Assembly: GCA_041674285.1 (NCBI GenBank)
Contig: JBAYVZ010000002.1
Location: 14,600-78,599 of the forward strand
From: Minisyncoccota bacterium
Lineage (GTDB): Bacteria; Patescibacteriota; Minisyncoccia; Phycocordibacterales; UBA9973
DNA length: 64,000 bases
Direction of reading: 5' to 3'
Numbering within the stretch: position 1 is the first letter of the stretch; each line of letters begins with the position of its first letter. Positions 37,928 to 47,364 of this stretch are shown here, in pieces. The notes below the pieces were generated by a model. The model searched no databases. It was not told the DNA's origin and saw only the letters and a program-made list of their open reading frames with translations. The position numbers and the translations under genes were made by a program.

Positions 37928-39225
37928 TTATCCCAATTTTTCTTTTATATAATCCACGAGTTCTATGATCGCAATACGTTCCTGAGTGCCAGTATCACGA
38001 TCTCGGATAGTCACTGTATCATCAGTCAGAGTATCAAAGTCGATGACTATACACCATGGTGTACCTATCTCGTCTTGTCTTCTGTATCTCTTTCCAATAT
38101 TTCCATTGTCATCCCACATCACACGGCCGAATTCATTCTTGAGCGTGCCGTATACCATACGAGCTTTTTCGATGAGTTCTGGCTTGTTCTTCAATAGTGG
38201 TGACACAGCGCAGACAACCGGTGCTATATGCGGAGCAAATTTTAGATAGCTACGCACCTCCCCATCCTTGTCATCTTCCATATATGCAGATGTCAGCAGT
38301 GCGAGTACGGTACGATCTACACCAAAAGATGGCTCAATAACATGAGGGATAAATTTTTGAGCAGTCTCCTCATCTTGATATGAAAGATTATGAATTTTTA
38401 AATCAAAATCTGTTCTATATGCAAGACCATATAGTTCCTTTCTCCCAAAAGGAAAATCAAACTCAAAATCCACAGTACGTGAAGAGTAGTGAGCAAGGTC
38501 CCCCTCTGCTACTTCTAGCTCGTGAACCTTTGTCATATCGATGCCGATACTATCCATCCACTCTATCATCTCCTCTTTAAAGAAAGTAAAATACTTTTCC
38601 CAATCATCAGGTCGGACAAAATACTCTATCTCCATCTGCTCTATCTCGCGCACACGAAATATAAAATCGCGAGGGGTGATCTCATTGCGGAAAGCTTTAC
38701 CGATCTGACCGATACCAAATGGTAGCTTTGGATGGAATGAGTCTACAATATTTTTGAAGTTTACAAATATACCCTGTGCGGTCTCTGGACGTAGATATAC
38801 AGTCGCTGCACTATCCTCTACTGCACCAATCTTTGTAGAGAACATCATATTAAAATTACGAGCTTCACCTGTCGGAGCACCACAATCATCACACTTGCCT
38901 GATACAGCTAGATTATCTTCACGGAATCTTTTTTTACATTTTGTACATTCTACAAGTGGATCAGTAAAAGTATCCACATGGCCAGAGGCCATCCATACAC
39001 CTGGATGCATCAATATAGCAGCATCCACTTCATACATATCATTGCGAGACGAGACAAATTTCTTTCTCCATCCATCCTTGATATTATTCTTCAACATGAC
39101 ACCTAGTGGACCATAGTCAAATGTACCCGCTAGACCTCCATATACCTCAGAGCCTGATATACAAAGCCTCTTCGTTTGCAGAGAGAGATTATCTTCTCCA
39201 TTAGTTTATCATCGTTTTTATCCAT
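37928..39225 (-). CDS. glyQS: Glycine--tRNA ligase (alpha2 type), with a 1-nt frameshift near 39153
   Basis: N-terminal KIISLCKRRGFVY lies in a different frame from SEVYGG...DYGPLG; LRPETAQG, FRNEI, GNIGKRYRRQDEIGTP. Confidence 0.93.
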
Positions 39226-39343
39226 CCCGTACGAAATAGGAAATGTTTACATTTCCGTATTTAATTATAGTTATCATTAATAATACCGACTAAGTCTATT
39301 ATTAGAAATCCGTAGAAACATGACATACACATTTCGTACGGGA
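39226..39343 (-). mobile_element. Start-codon-inserted TIR element, copy 5 (glyQS)
   Basis: Sense ATGGA-TCCCGTACGAAAT...ATTTCGTACGGG-ATGGA. Confidence 0.85.
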
Positions 39344-39351
39344 TCCATATA

Positions 39352-41238
39352 CTACTTTATAACACGTTCATCGCCGGATTTAAAGACCGGATCATTTTTA
39401 AGATTTGTATTCAGTGGCCCCCTACTACTACGTACAGTTGCACCCGCAAAAGTATCCTGCCCCACTAAAACCACACTCTTTATTATCTCTGGTATTGTAC
39501 CTACCTGAGATAGAGATGGGACAAAAGATACTACGAAGTCCGCCTCGCGATTATTGGAGCCAGATCCAGTATTTGGGCTGACGCTACCGATCTTCCAGAT
39601 GACTTCACGAGATACATCATTGTAAGATATATTCTCAGTATTCCCAGACACACGACCTACATATTTTACATATAGAGGTAGAGTCGCTCGAGCCTCTGCT
39701 CCAGATATTGAATTGGTGGAATTTGATAATACCCAACTTATTTTATACCTAGTCTCAGTCTCTGCTTTTGGAGGTAGCGACCCTGAAACATAGCTCATAC
39801 TAGCGGCTAACTGCATATCAGACATTATCTTGATTATCTTTTTTGAAAAATTATTCACAGCCACAAAACCATTCCCGGAATCTGACTGCATTCCTTTTAT
39901 ACTAACCTCGACTACTATCTGAGGACTGCTTATTTTTGAATCTGCTCCTACTAATGACACGGGGATAAAATCAAAATTCAACCGACCTTGCTCTCCTGGT
40001 GCTACATAAGACAAATCGGGCATAGTATTTTTATTCCAAATAATCTGACTAGAAGTAGAATCATAGAATCCAGATGGAGCAGATACAGCACTCTTATCCA
40101 AAACATTTCCAGATATTTTTGCACTAATCTGTACGTCCGAGATAGAAGCAGGTAGATTGTTTGACCATATAATATCAGCACTCACTCTCTGCCCTCCAGA
40201 TACACTCGGTATATCCACATCATTGCCACCAATCACCACTCTAGCATCTAGGAATGGTCGTACTATGCTGATAGTCTGCAAGAATGAATTGTATACTACA
40301 TCCACAGATGACTTACCTGCCTTTTTTGTCCCGACATACACGTGAAAAGCTTGCTCGTCTCCATCCTGACCCACCATATGACCAGTCACAGATAATTTAA
40401 ATGGAGTAGTTTTTGTTAGATCTTTTAGGCTCCACATTGTGTTGCCATTTGTAGGTGATGGACTAGCACTATCAAACACAAATCCCTGAGGGTAGCTAAC
40501 TTCTAGTACAGTTTCCTCTTCTGGTAGATTTGTATTTAAGGTAGCATTTATATTAAAAGTAAAAGGCTGATTTGCACTGGTCTGTGTAGGTGAGTCTACA
40601 ATCAGAGATATAGGAGAAGAATTAATAGTCACAGGATATATAGACTCTTTTGTGAATATTGCATTGGATCCAGCTGGATGGTATTCCAATTTTATTTTTA
40701 CATTGCGAACTAGACCCTGATCTCCATAGAGAGTCACTTTGAATAATCTTTCTGCGCGGGCCCCCGCAGGTATAGTACCTATAGACTCGCGAGCGAGGCG
40801 CACCACCTCGGTAGGATTGTCACTAGCACCTCTGGGATACTCGATCACCAGATTGGCAAGTTCTAGATCTGCTTTGTTTCTATTTACGATCTCCACTTGT
40901 AGAGGCAACTCACTGCCCCCTTCTGTAAAGGCATTGCCTAGGACTGTGATATCTATATTGTCATTGGATACAGAGCTAGCTCCACGGAAAAACATATAAG
41001 CAGCGAATCCAATAGCAAATACAAAAAATATAAGAGTGGCGATAAAAAACTTTTTAAAAAATGTTGTTGGTTTTGTTTTTGTCATTTCTAATTCTTTTTC
41101 TTTGTTCCAATTCGTATTTGCTTCGTGATGCACGGGGTGGAGCACTCCCTGTCGATCGTGCGAAGATAGAGTAGAGGACCTGTCGTATAACCTCCTTTTT
41201 ACATCTTCTATTTTACTTATATTTTCATTTTCTTTCAT
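39352..41238 (-). CDS. Membrane-anchored protein with predicted beta-rich (Ig-like) extracellular domains
   Basis: Single TM near aa 62-83, then a beta-rich 540-aa region. Confidence 0.75.
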   Translation of the reverse strand: MKENENISKIEDVKRRLYDRSSTLSSHDRQGVLHPVHHEANTNWNKEKELEMTKTKPTTFFKKFFIATLIFFVFAIGFAAYMFFRGASSVSNDNIDITVLGNAFTEGGSELPLQVEIVNRNKADLELANLVIEYPRGASDNPTEVVRLARESIGTIPAGARAERLFKVTLYGDQGLVRNVKIKLEYHPAGSNAIFTKESIYPVTINSSPISLIVDSPTQTSANQPFTFNINATLNTNLPEEETVLEVSYPQGFVFDSASPSPTNGNTMWSLKDLTKTTPFKLSVTGHMVGQDGDEQAFHVYVGTKKAGKSSVDVVYNSFLQTISIVRPFLDARVVIGGNDVDIPSVSGGQRVSADIIWSNNLPASISDVQISAKISGNVLDKSAVSAPSGFYDSTSSQIIWNKNTMPDLSYVAPGEQGRLNFDFIPVSLVGADSKISSPQIVVEVSIKGMQSDSGNGFVAVNNFSKKIIKIMSDMQLAASMSYVSGSLPPKAETETRYKISWVLSNSTNSISGAEARATLPLYVKYVGRVSGNTENISYNDVSREVIWKIGSVSPNTGSGSNNREADFVVSFVPSLSQVGTIPEIIKSVVLVGQDTFAGATVRSSRGPLNTNLKNDPVFKSGDERVIK

Positions 41239-41256
41239 AAAAAAATTATAACATTT

Positions 41257-41847
41257 TTATAGTCCACTTTCACGCAATGCACGATTGATATGTGATATTA
41301 TGGATTTCTTTTCAGATAGCAATTTATGTATCTTGTCTTTATCAAATATGCCACCGATATAATCATGCATATCATCGCTATCACCGACATAACCCAGAGA
41401 GTGCACTATAGATAGTACGGTGTGAAGCTCCAATGCAGACAATGACTCATGATTAAAATTCTCATCATCCAATAATAAGAATGATTGGATAATCAAATCA
41501 AAAACTTCATCATTCCCCTCCTCGCCACGACACAGGCGATCGATCAGTGCAGATACCCTAGACATGAAGACAATAGATTCTTTTTTACTACGAGCCAAAG
41601 GGAAGGATGATATGGTTGTAGCCGAAGTCACTCGCCAGATATCTCGGCCTTTTACTAGATCAATCTTGGCATAGGACATATCTTGCAGTGTATATCGGAG
41701 CTTGGATTTTGCGAGCCTAATACCACCGGCCATAGCACGGACTAGGCCTAGCTCTCTAGTATATATAGATAGCATCTTATTAGCCTCACCGCTTGCGCGT
41801 GAAGATATGATGAACCCATGTGTGTGATAGATATGATGCTGAGCCAT
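41257..41847 (-). CDS. recO: DNA repair protein RecO
   Basis: GEANK...YTRELGLV.A.A.GIR..KSKL OB-fold motif. Confidence 0.85.
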   Translation of the reverse strand: MAQHHIYHTHGFIISSRASGEANKMLSIYTRELGLVRAMAGGIRLAKSKLRYTLQDMSYAKIDLVKGRDIWRVTSATTISSFPLARSKKESIVFMSRVSALIDRLCRGEEGNDEVFDLIIQSFLLLDDENFNHESLSALELHTVLSIVHSLGYVGDSDDMHDYIGGIFDKDKIHKLLSEKKSIISHINRALRESGL

Positions 41848-41849
41848 AT

Positions 41850-42278
41850 TTATTTATTTAAATTATCTAAATATTTTCTCACTTCTTTCATAATCACCTT
41901 TTGATCATCAAATGTAAAAGTCTCCATAGCTTCATCGTATGTCACCCATTTAAAGTCTACTATTTCGCCTTCTTGGATTTTCACATCGACTTGTAGTGCA
42001 TAAGCGATAAAATATTCATTCACCTTGTGGCGAATATCTCCACTATGATTGAAATCATATTCTTCTATGAGGGTAGGTAGTTCAGCAAATTTAAATTCTG
42101 TAATACCTGTCTCCTCCTGCAGTTCTCGGATAGCAGCAGTTTTAGAATCTTCCCCCTCTTCGAGATGCCCTTTTGGAAAACTCCAATTGCCAGACAATTG
42201 TTTTATTAATAGAAATTTATCTTCCTCGCCATCCTTGCGTAGTACGAGGATAAATCCCGCAGAGTGCTCTGTAATCAT
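41850..42278 (-). CDS. NUDIX hydrolase (Ap4A hydrolase-like)
   Basis: SAG, WSFPKGHLEEGE....AIRELQEETG Nudix box. Confidence 0.92.
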   Translation of the reverse strand: MITEHSAGFILVLRKDGEEDKFLLIKQLSGNWSFPKGHLEEGEDSKTAAIRELQEETGITEFKFAELPTLIEEYDFNHSGDIRHKVNEYFIAYALQVDVKIQEGEIVDFKWVTYDEAMETFTFDDQKVIMKEVRKYLDNLNK

Positions 42279-42312
42279 ATATCCAGTTTACCACACAAGA
42301 CATCTTTATTAA

Positions 42313-42354
42313 AAAAGGTAAATATTGATGCGATAGCATCAATATTTACCTTTT
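42313..42354. repeat. Perfect palindrome A (19-bp arms, 4-nt loop)
   Basis: aaaaggtaaatattgatgc-gata-gcatcaatatttacctttt. Confidence 0.9.
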
Positions 42355-42843
42355 GTATTTACTATGTAAACTATAATCTTTAGCTAATTTAAAAGTTTTC
42401 ACCCCATCTTCAATTCCTATTTTCTTAACATAATCAACAAACTCTTTTGGTAATGGTGACGGGCCCACCCAGACACTCTTTTGAACCATAATATAATCAA
42501 ATGATCTTAATTGTTTTCTTAGCCAATTACGCTCCGAATTCTTACTAGAAGGCACATCGAACATTAATAGCAAATTCTTTGGTGCCCCGTCTTTAAATGG
42601 TGATTCAAAATTTTTGAATTCTAGATATTTTTTTATCTTGCACTCCTTTCCCTTCTTTGTTATAAACCAACCATTTTCGTCTTTATCTATTAATCCATTT
42701 TTCTTTAATTGATATGCTGTAGACTTAAGAGAGTTGTAATTTTTACTTGAAAGACGAGGTATACCAAAAATATTTACACGAACTCCTTTGTAATTTAATT
42801 CAGTATTCCATAATTCAGTTAAAATATTTTCAACCAAACTCAT
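42346..42843 (-). CDS. PaaX-like protein: winged-helix region plus Cas2-like ferredoxin-fold domain
   Basis: LKKNGLI......ITKKG wHTH wing; LLMFDVP....ERNWLR..L.......QKSVW motif. Confidence 0.8.
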   Translation of the reverse strand: MSLVENILTELWNTELNYKGVRVNIFGIPRLSSKNYNSLKSTAYQLKKNGLIDKDENGWFITKKGKECKIKKYLEFKNFESPFKDGAPKNLLLMFDVPSSKNSERNWLRKQLRSFDYIMVQKSVWVGPSPLPKEFVDYVKKIGIEDGVKTFKLAKDYSLHSKYKR

Positions 42844-42869
42844 ATAAATAAATTATAACAAAGGTCTAT

Positions 42870-42915
42870 ATAAAAAGTAAATACTGATGCGATGGCATCA
42901 GTATTTACTTTTTAT
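42870..42915. repeat. Perfect palindrome B (21-bp arms, 4-nt loop), paralogous to A
   Basis: ataaaaagtaaatactgatgc-gatg-gcatcagtatttactttttat. Confidence 0.9.
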
Positions 42916-43535
42916 TATTTTAATATATTTTCCACTGCTTGAGTCAAGTCATTTGGATTATCAATAATATATGCAGGACACCCCTTCTCAAGATTTTTCC
43001 TATCATGGAAACCCCAAGTAACAGCAATCGATTTTACACCACAGTCAGTTCCTTCTCTTATGTCACCAAGTGTATCAGTTATAAAAACGGCACTATCTGA
43101 TTCTAATGAATACTTATTAAGAATCATTTTTATTTTATAAACTTTATTTATATGAATATCTCTTCCGAGTATTTCAGTAAAATACTCGGAAATATTTTCT
43201 CGATCAATGATTTTTTTAATAAGATCTGTTGGTGTTGATGAAATAATGCAGATATTAAATTTAAACGAAAGCTCTTTAATAATATCTTTTAATTCTTGTG
43301 GAATTTTCAATCCCCTAGTTTTTATTTCATAATGAAAATCAAAATCTGGATGCTTATTAAACTTCCCCTCATTTTTAGATAATGAATCAAAAATATTACC
43401 ATCAAAACAAGTTTTATAAAAATCTAAAGATAAATCTTCATTAAACTCTTGACTAATCTCGTAGCAAGGGATGAGAGTGTCAACTAATACACCATCAAAA
43501 TCAAACATTACTATTTTTTTAATATCATCTTTCAT
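42915..43535 (-). CDS. HAD family hydrolase
   Basis: FDFDGVLVDT, ITDT..DI, VTWGF. Confidence 0.92.
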   Translation of the reverse strand: MKDDIKKIVMFDFDGVLVDTLIPCYEISQEFNEDLSLDFYKTCFDGNIFDSLSKNEGKFNKHPDFDFHYEIKTRGLKIPQELKDIIKELSFKFNICIISSTPTDLIKKIIDRENISEYFTEILGRDIHINKVYKIKMILNKYSLESDSAVFITDTLGDIREGTDCGVKSIAVTWGFHDRKNLEKGCPAYIIDNPNDLTQAVENILK

Positions 43536-43536
43536 T

Positions 43537-46500
43537 TTATTTTTCTATCTTTACTACGAATATTAGGTCTCCGATTTTTATTTCATCGCCAGATGTATCA
43601 CCCCATACTACCTCTCTCACTCCTGTAGTCTTTTGGAATTCAGGGAGAAATGTATTTACAATATCTTTTTCTATCTCGCCACACTGCACATATAGAGTCA
43701 CCACATCAGCAGGCATAAGCCCTGTCTTTTTTCGTAGGTCTTGTGCTGCACGGACAAACTCGCGATACTGACCCTCTTTTTTAAGTTCTGGTGTTATCTC
43801 GAAATCCATTACTACATCAGACAAAGACTTATCGCAGACTATTTCTTTTACATTCAATTCATCTTTAATAATCTCTATATACAAAGATGTGAATTCCATT
43901 GGTATACTAAATTTTCCAAGAGGCTGACGCACAGGGACACCAGCTTTTTGACGAGACTGCAGTCCTAGTGTGACTACATCACGAACTTGCTGCATCATAC
44001 CTACAACATCAGAATTTTCATAAGAGAATGCTGACCAATCACAAAGATGTACAGATTCTGCATCGTTTTCATTCTTTAATTTTTGCCATACACTCTCTGA
44101 TATAAATGGTGCGAATGGCGCCAATACAGAAACTGTAGTTTTCAATACAGAGTATAGAGTCTTCTTTGCATTTATATCACCATCTTTTAGGCGATCACGA
44201 GAGCGTCGTAGATACCAAGTAGAAAGATCTTCTATGAACAATTCAAAAGGTCTCGTAGCTCCGGCCATATCGTATGCATCCATAGATACAGTCACCTCCG
44301 ACACGAGGGAGCTTAATCGAGCTAGGATCCATTGATCCAGTACATTTGTATTTTTTTCTAAATCAAGTTCACCATTTTCAATAGATACATCTCTGTAGAG
44401 CTCATAGAATGTAGCTACGTTTTCTAGGCGAGATACGATCTTGCTTGCGATATCCTGGACCCCCTTCTCAGAGAAGTTCACATCTTCACCCTTCATCAGA
44501 GTAGAAGACATCAGATAGAATCGTAATGCATCCACTCCGTATTTATCAAATAGTATCCATGGATCTGGATAATTGTTTTTTGATTTACTCATCTTGCTAC
44601 CGTCCTCGGCTAGTACTGTACCCGTAGTGACGACGTTCTTGAATGGTGCCTCTCCAAATAGCATAGTAGATATAGCATGAGTATAGTAGAACCATGTTCT
44701 CGTCTGAGCTATATATTCAGCAACAAATCCTCCGGGGAAATTATTTTGTTTCCATTCTGGATTCTCGAATGGATAGTGATCCTGAGCAAACGGCATAGAG
44801 CCGGATTCAAACCAGCAGTCTATAACCTCGGGGATTCTCTTGTACTCCCGACCCTCCCCATCTACCAATACTATGTGGTCTATGTATGGACGGTGTAAGT
44901 CTAGATCATAATTTGCATTGTGTGGAAGTGGAGAAAAATCCAATTCAAAATACTCAGCATTGCCTAAGTAGTGAAAGTCTTTTCTATCACGAATCATAGA
45001 CAGTGCTTCATCTGCATTGTACCCACGAGAACCCGCAGATAGTAGCCATGATGGTCCACCATGAGTGACAATCACAATATTTTTATTTTTATATTTTGAT
45101 TCTATCTCATAGATAAAATCCATAACACGATTCTTTAAAGATTGATATGATTCACCTCCAGTATAGGCAAAAGAGAAATTCTCTACAGTCTTTGGTAGTT
45201 TATCGTGATATTCCTTCCAAGTTTTAAAATCTTTATTCCCAATCATAAACTCACCCAATCTCTCATCAACCAAAATAGATTCAGAATCAACTGAGATATT
45301 TTCAGCGAGCACAGAGGCAGTCTCTCTCGCCCTCATGAATGGTGAAGCAAAAATAATATCAATTTTTTTATCTTTAAAATCTTGTGCTGATTTTTTTACT
45401 TGATCAGTTCCATTTTCAGTTAGATGATTTATTTCATTTACATCATCCGAGATCATCCCCCCGATATTGTGAGATGCTTCCCCATGACGCATTACAAAGT
45501 ATTTGTTGCCAGATTTTTTAACTTTTGATTTTAGATCATCAACAGAGCTAGTAAACATCATTTGCCCACTCTCTGATTTCCAGATAGGCAAAGGACTGGC
45601 CCAATATCTATTGCGAGAGATAGTCCAATCCGGTGCATTTTCCATCGTATGATGGAATCTTCCATCTTTTAAGTGTGCTGGGACCCAGTTCATTGATTCA
45701 GCTTTTTCCAGGAGATCCGCTTTTACTTTTTGAATATTTACAAACCATGAAGGTAGTGCGTAGTACAGTAGTGGTGTATCACATCGGTAGCAGTGTGGGT
45801 ATGAGTGCTTTATCTTTTCTTTATCAAAATACGCCCCACTCTCTTGCAAATATTTTATAATATTAATATCAGCTTGAAATCTTATTTTTTCATCTTCACT
45901 TTTTGGTTTTACATATTGACCAGCAAAATCAGTCACTTCTACAGAAAATACTCCGTTTGGTTCTACGTGACGGATAAATGGAATATTGTTTTCTTTGGCT
46001 AGATTCATATCGTCCTCACCAAAAGCCGGAGCTTCGTGAGCGATACCAGTACCTGCATCTGCTGTTATAAAATCCGCATGCCAAACTTTCCAAATATTTT
46101 CTTTATTTGGCATATCTGTATTTTTATAATAATCAAAAACCGGTTCGTATGATAATCCCACTAATTCATTACCAGAAACTTCTTTTATGATTTCTGGATT
46201 TACAAATTTTGTCTTTAGATTTTCAAAAAGATCTTTTGCGATTATGAATGTCTCATCTTTATCTGGAACATTGTTTTTTACATATACATACTGCAAATCT
46301 TTATTTATAGCAATCGCAGTGTTGCCCGGTAGCGTCCATGGAGTAGTAGTCCAAGCTAACAAATAAGTATTTTCAACATCTACTAATTTGAATTTTACAT
46401 ATACAGAAATATCAGTTATATCTTTGTAGCTGTTGTCCATGGCAATCTCAGAGTTTGCAATCGGAGTCTCACATCGTGGACAGTATGCGAGTACTCGCAC

Positions 46501-47022
46501 ACCTTCATAAAGGAGCCCCTTGTTATTCAGCTCACCCAGGGCCCACCAGACACTCTCGATAAAACTATTATCCATAGTCTTGTATGAATTATCGAAATCC
46601 ACCCATCGCCCCATACGCTCGACAGTCTTTTTCCATTCTGATACATAGGTCAATACCTTGCTACGAGCATGTTCCGAGAATTTCTCTATGCCGTATTCTT
46701 CGATAGCTTTTTTACCAGAGATGCCTAGATCTTTTTCTACGATATTCTCTATCGGTAGACCATGACAATCCCAACCCCATCTACGAGGTACAGAGTAACC
46801 ACGCATAGTCTGATATCTACCTACGACATCTTTTGCAGTAGATCCTAGAATATGGCCATAGTGCGGGAGTCCTGTAGCAAAAGGTGGTCCATCATAGAAA
46901 ACATACTTCCCTTTTGGTGCTTCCTTTTCGATACTCTTTTTAAAAGTATCGTTTTCTTTCCAAAACGATAGTATCTTTTCCTCGCGCTCTGCATTTTGTG
47001 ATTTTATATTTTTTTCTTCCAT
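43537..47022 (-). CDS. ileS: Isoleucine--tRNA ligase (type 2) with inserted histidine-phosphatase domain
   Basis: DGPPFATGLPHYGH, WTTTPWT, DWTISRNRYW, KMSKS; internal RHGE...SP..RA.ETA...E...GES...VTHGG. Confidence 0.96.
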   Translation of the reverse strand: MEEKNIKSQNAEREEKILSFWKENDTFKKSIEKEAPKGKYVFYDGPPFATGLPHYGHILGSTAKDVVGRYQTMRGYSVPRRWGWDCHGLPIENIVEKDLGISGKKAIEEYGIEKFSEHARSKVLTYVSEWKKTVERMGRWVDFDNSYKTMDNSFIESVWWALGELNNKGLLYEGVRVLAYCPRCETPIANSEIAMDNSYKDITDISVYVKFKLVDVENTYLLAWTTTPWTLPGNTAIAINKDLQYVYVKNNVPDKDETFIIAKDLFENLKTKFVNPEIIKEVSGNELVGLSYEPVFDYYKNTDMPNKENIWKVWHADFITADAGTGIAHEAPAFGEDDMNLAKENNIPFIRHVEPNGVFSVEVTDFAGQYVKPKSEDEKIRFQADINIIKYLQESGAYFDKEKIKHSYPHCYRCDTPLLYYALPSWFVNIQKVKADLLEKAESMNWVPAHLKDGRFHHTMENAPDWTISRNRYWASPLPIWKSESGQMMFTSSVDDLKSKVKKSGNKYFVMRHGEASHNIGGMISDDVNEINHLTENGTDQVKKSAQDFKDKKIDIIFASPFMRARETASVLAENISVDSESILVDERLGEFMIGNKDFKTWKEYHDKLPKTVENFSFAYTGGESYQSLKNRVMDFIYEIESKYKNKNIVIVTHGGPSWLLSAGSRGYNADEALSMIRDRKDFHYLGNAEYFELDFSPLPHNANYDLDLHRPYIDHIVLVDGEGREYKRIPEVIDCWFESGSMPFAQDHYPFENPEWKQNNFPGGFVAEYIAQTRTWFYYTHAISTMLFGEAPFKNVVTTGTVLAEDGSKMSKSKNNYPDPWILFDKYGVDALRFYLMSSTLMKGEDVNFSEKGVQDIASKIVSRLENVATFYELYRDVSIENGELDLEKNTNVLDQWILARLSSLVSEVTVSMDAYDMAGATRPFELFIEDLSTWYLRRSRDRLKDGDINAKKTLYSVLKTTVSVLAPFAPFISESVWQKLKNENDAESVHLCDWSAFSYENSDVVGMMQQVRDVVTLGLQSRQKAGVPVRQPLGKFSIPMEFTSLYIEIIKDELNVKEIVCDKSLSDVVMDFEITPELKKEGQYREFVRAAQDLRKKTGLMPADVVTLYVQCGEIEKDIVNTFLPEFQKTTGVREVVWGDTSGDEIKIGDLIFVVKIEK

Positions 47023-47142
47023 GTTATTTACGGAGCAAATTATTTTCTTTTCGAACGGTCTGGCCTCGTGTAATCACGAGGAGATCCGAGGACCTGAGAA
47101 AAGAATATAATTTGCGAAGTACTATATTAATAATATTAAATG

Positions 47143-47310
47143 AAAAATCGCCCTTGAATAATGTCCCGTCGGGACACATTCCAAGGGCGATTTTTTACCG
47201 CGGTACCACCTTGCTTACTTCTCATTTACTGGGTTCTACTTTTGCATAGGTTGGACCTCTGCAGATTTCTTCCCAAGACTCCAGGGTGATAGCCCCTTCG
47301 ACATCTGTAT
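47143..47310 (-). promoter_or_regulatory. T-box riboswitch (Ile) with terminator
   Basis: AAGGTGGTACCGCG (47212-47199) with partner CGCCCTT; terminator hairpin plus T-run; candidate ATC specifier at 47266-47264; upstream of ileS. Confidence 0.85.
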
Positions 47311-47364
47311 ATACAGAATAACCATAAAGCACTAAAAAAGCAAGATTTTCATCTTGCTTTTTTA

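Noticed and set aside
42346-42843. CRISPR-Cas system suggested by the Cas2-like motif
   Set aside because: No repeat-spacer array, cas1 or effector gene is visible in the window; the protein looks PaaX-like.
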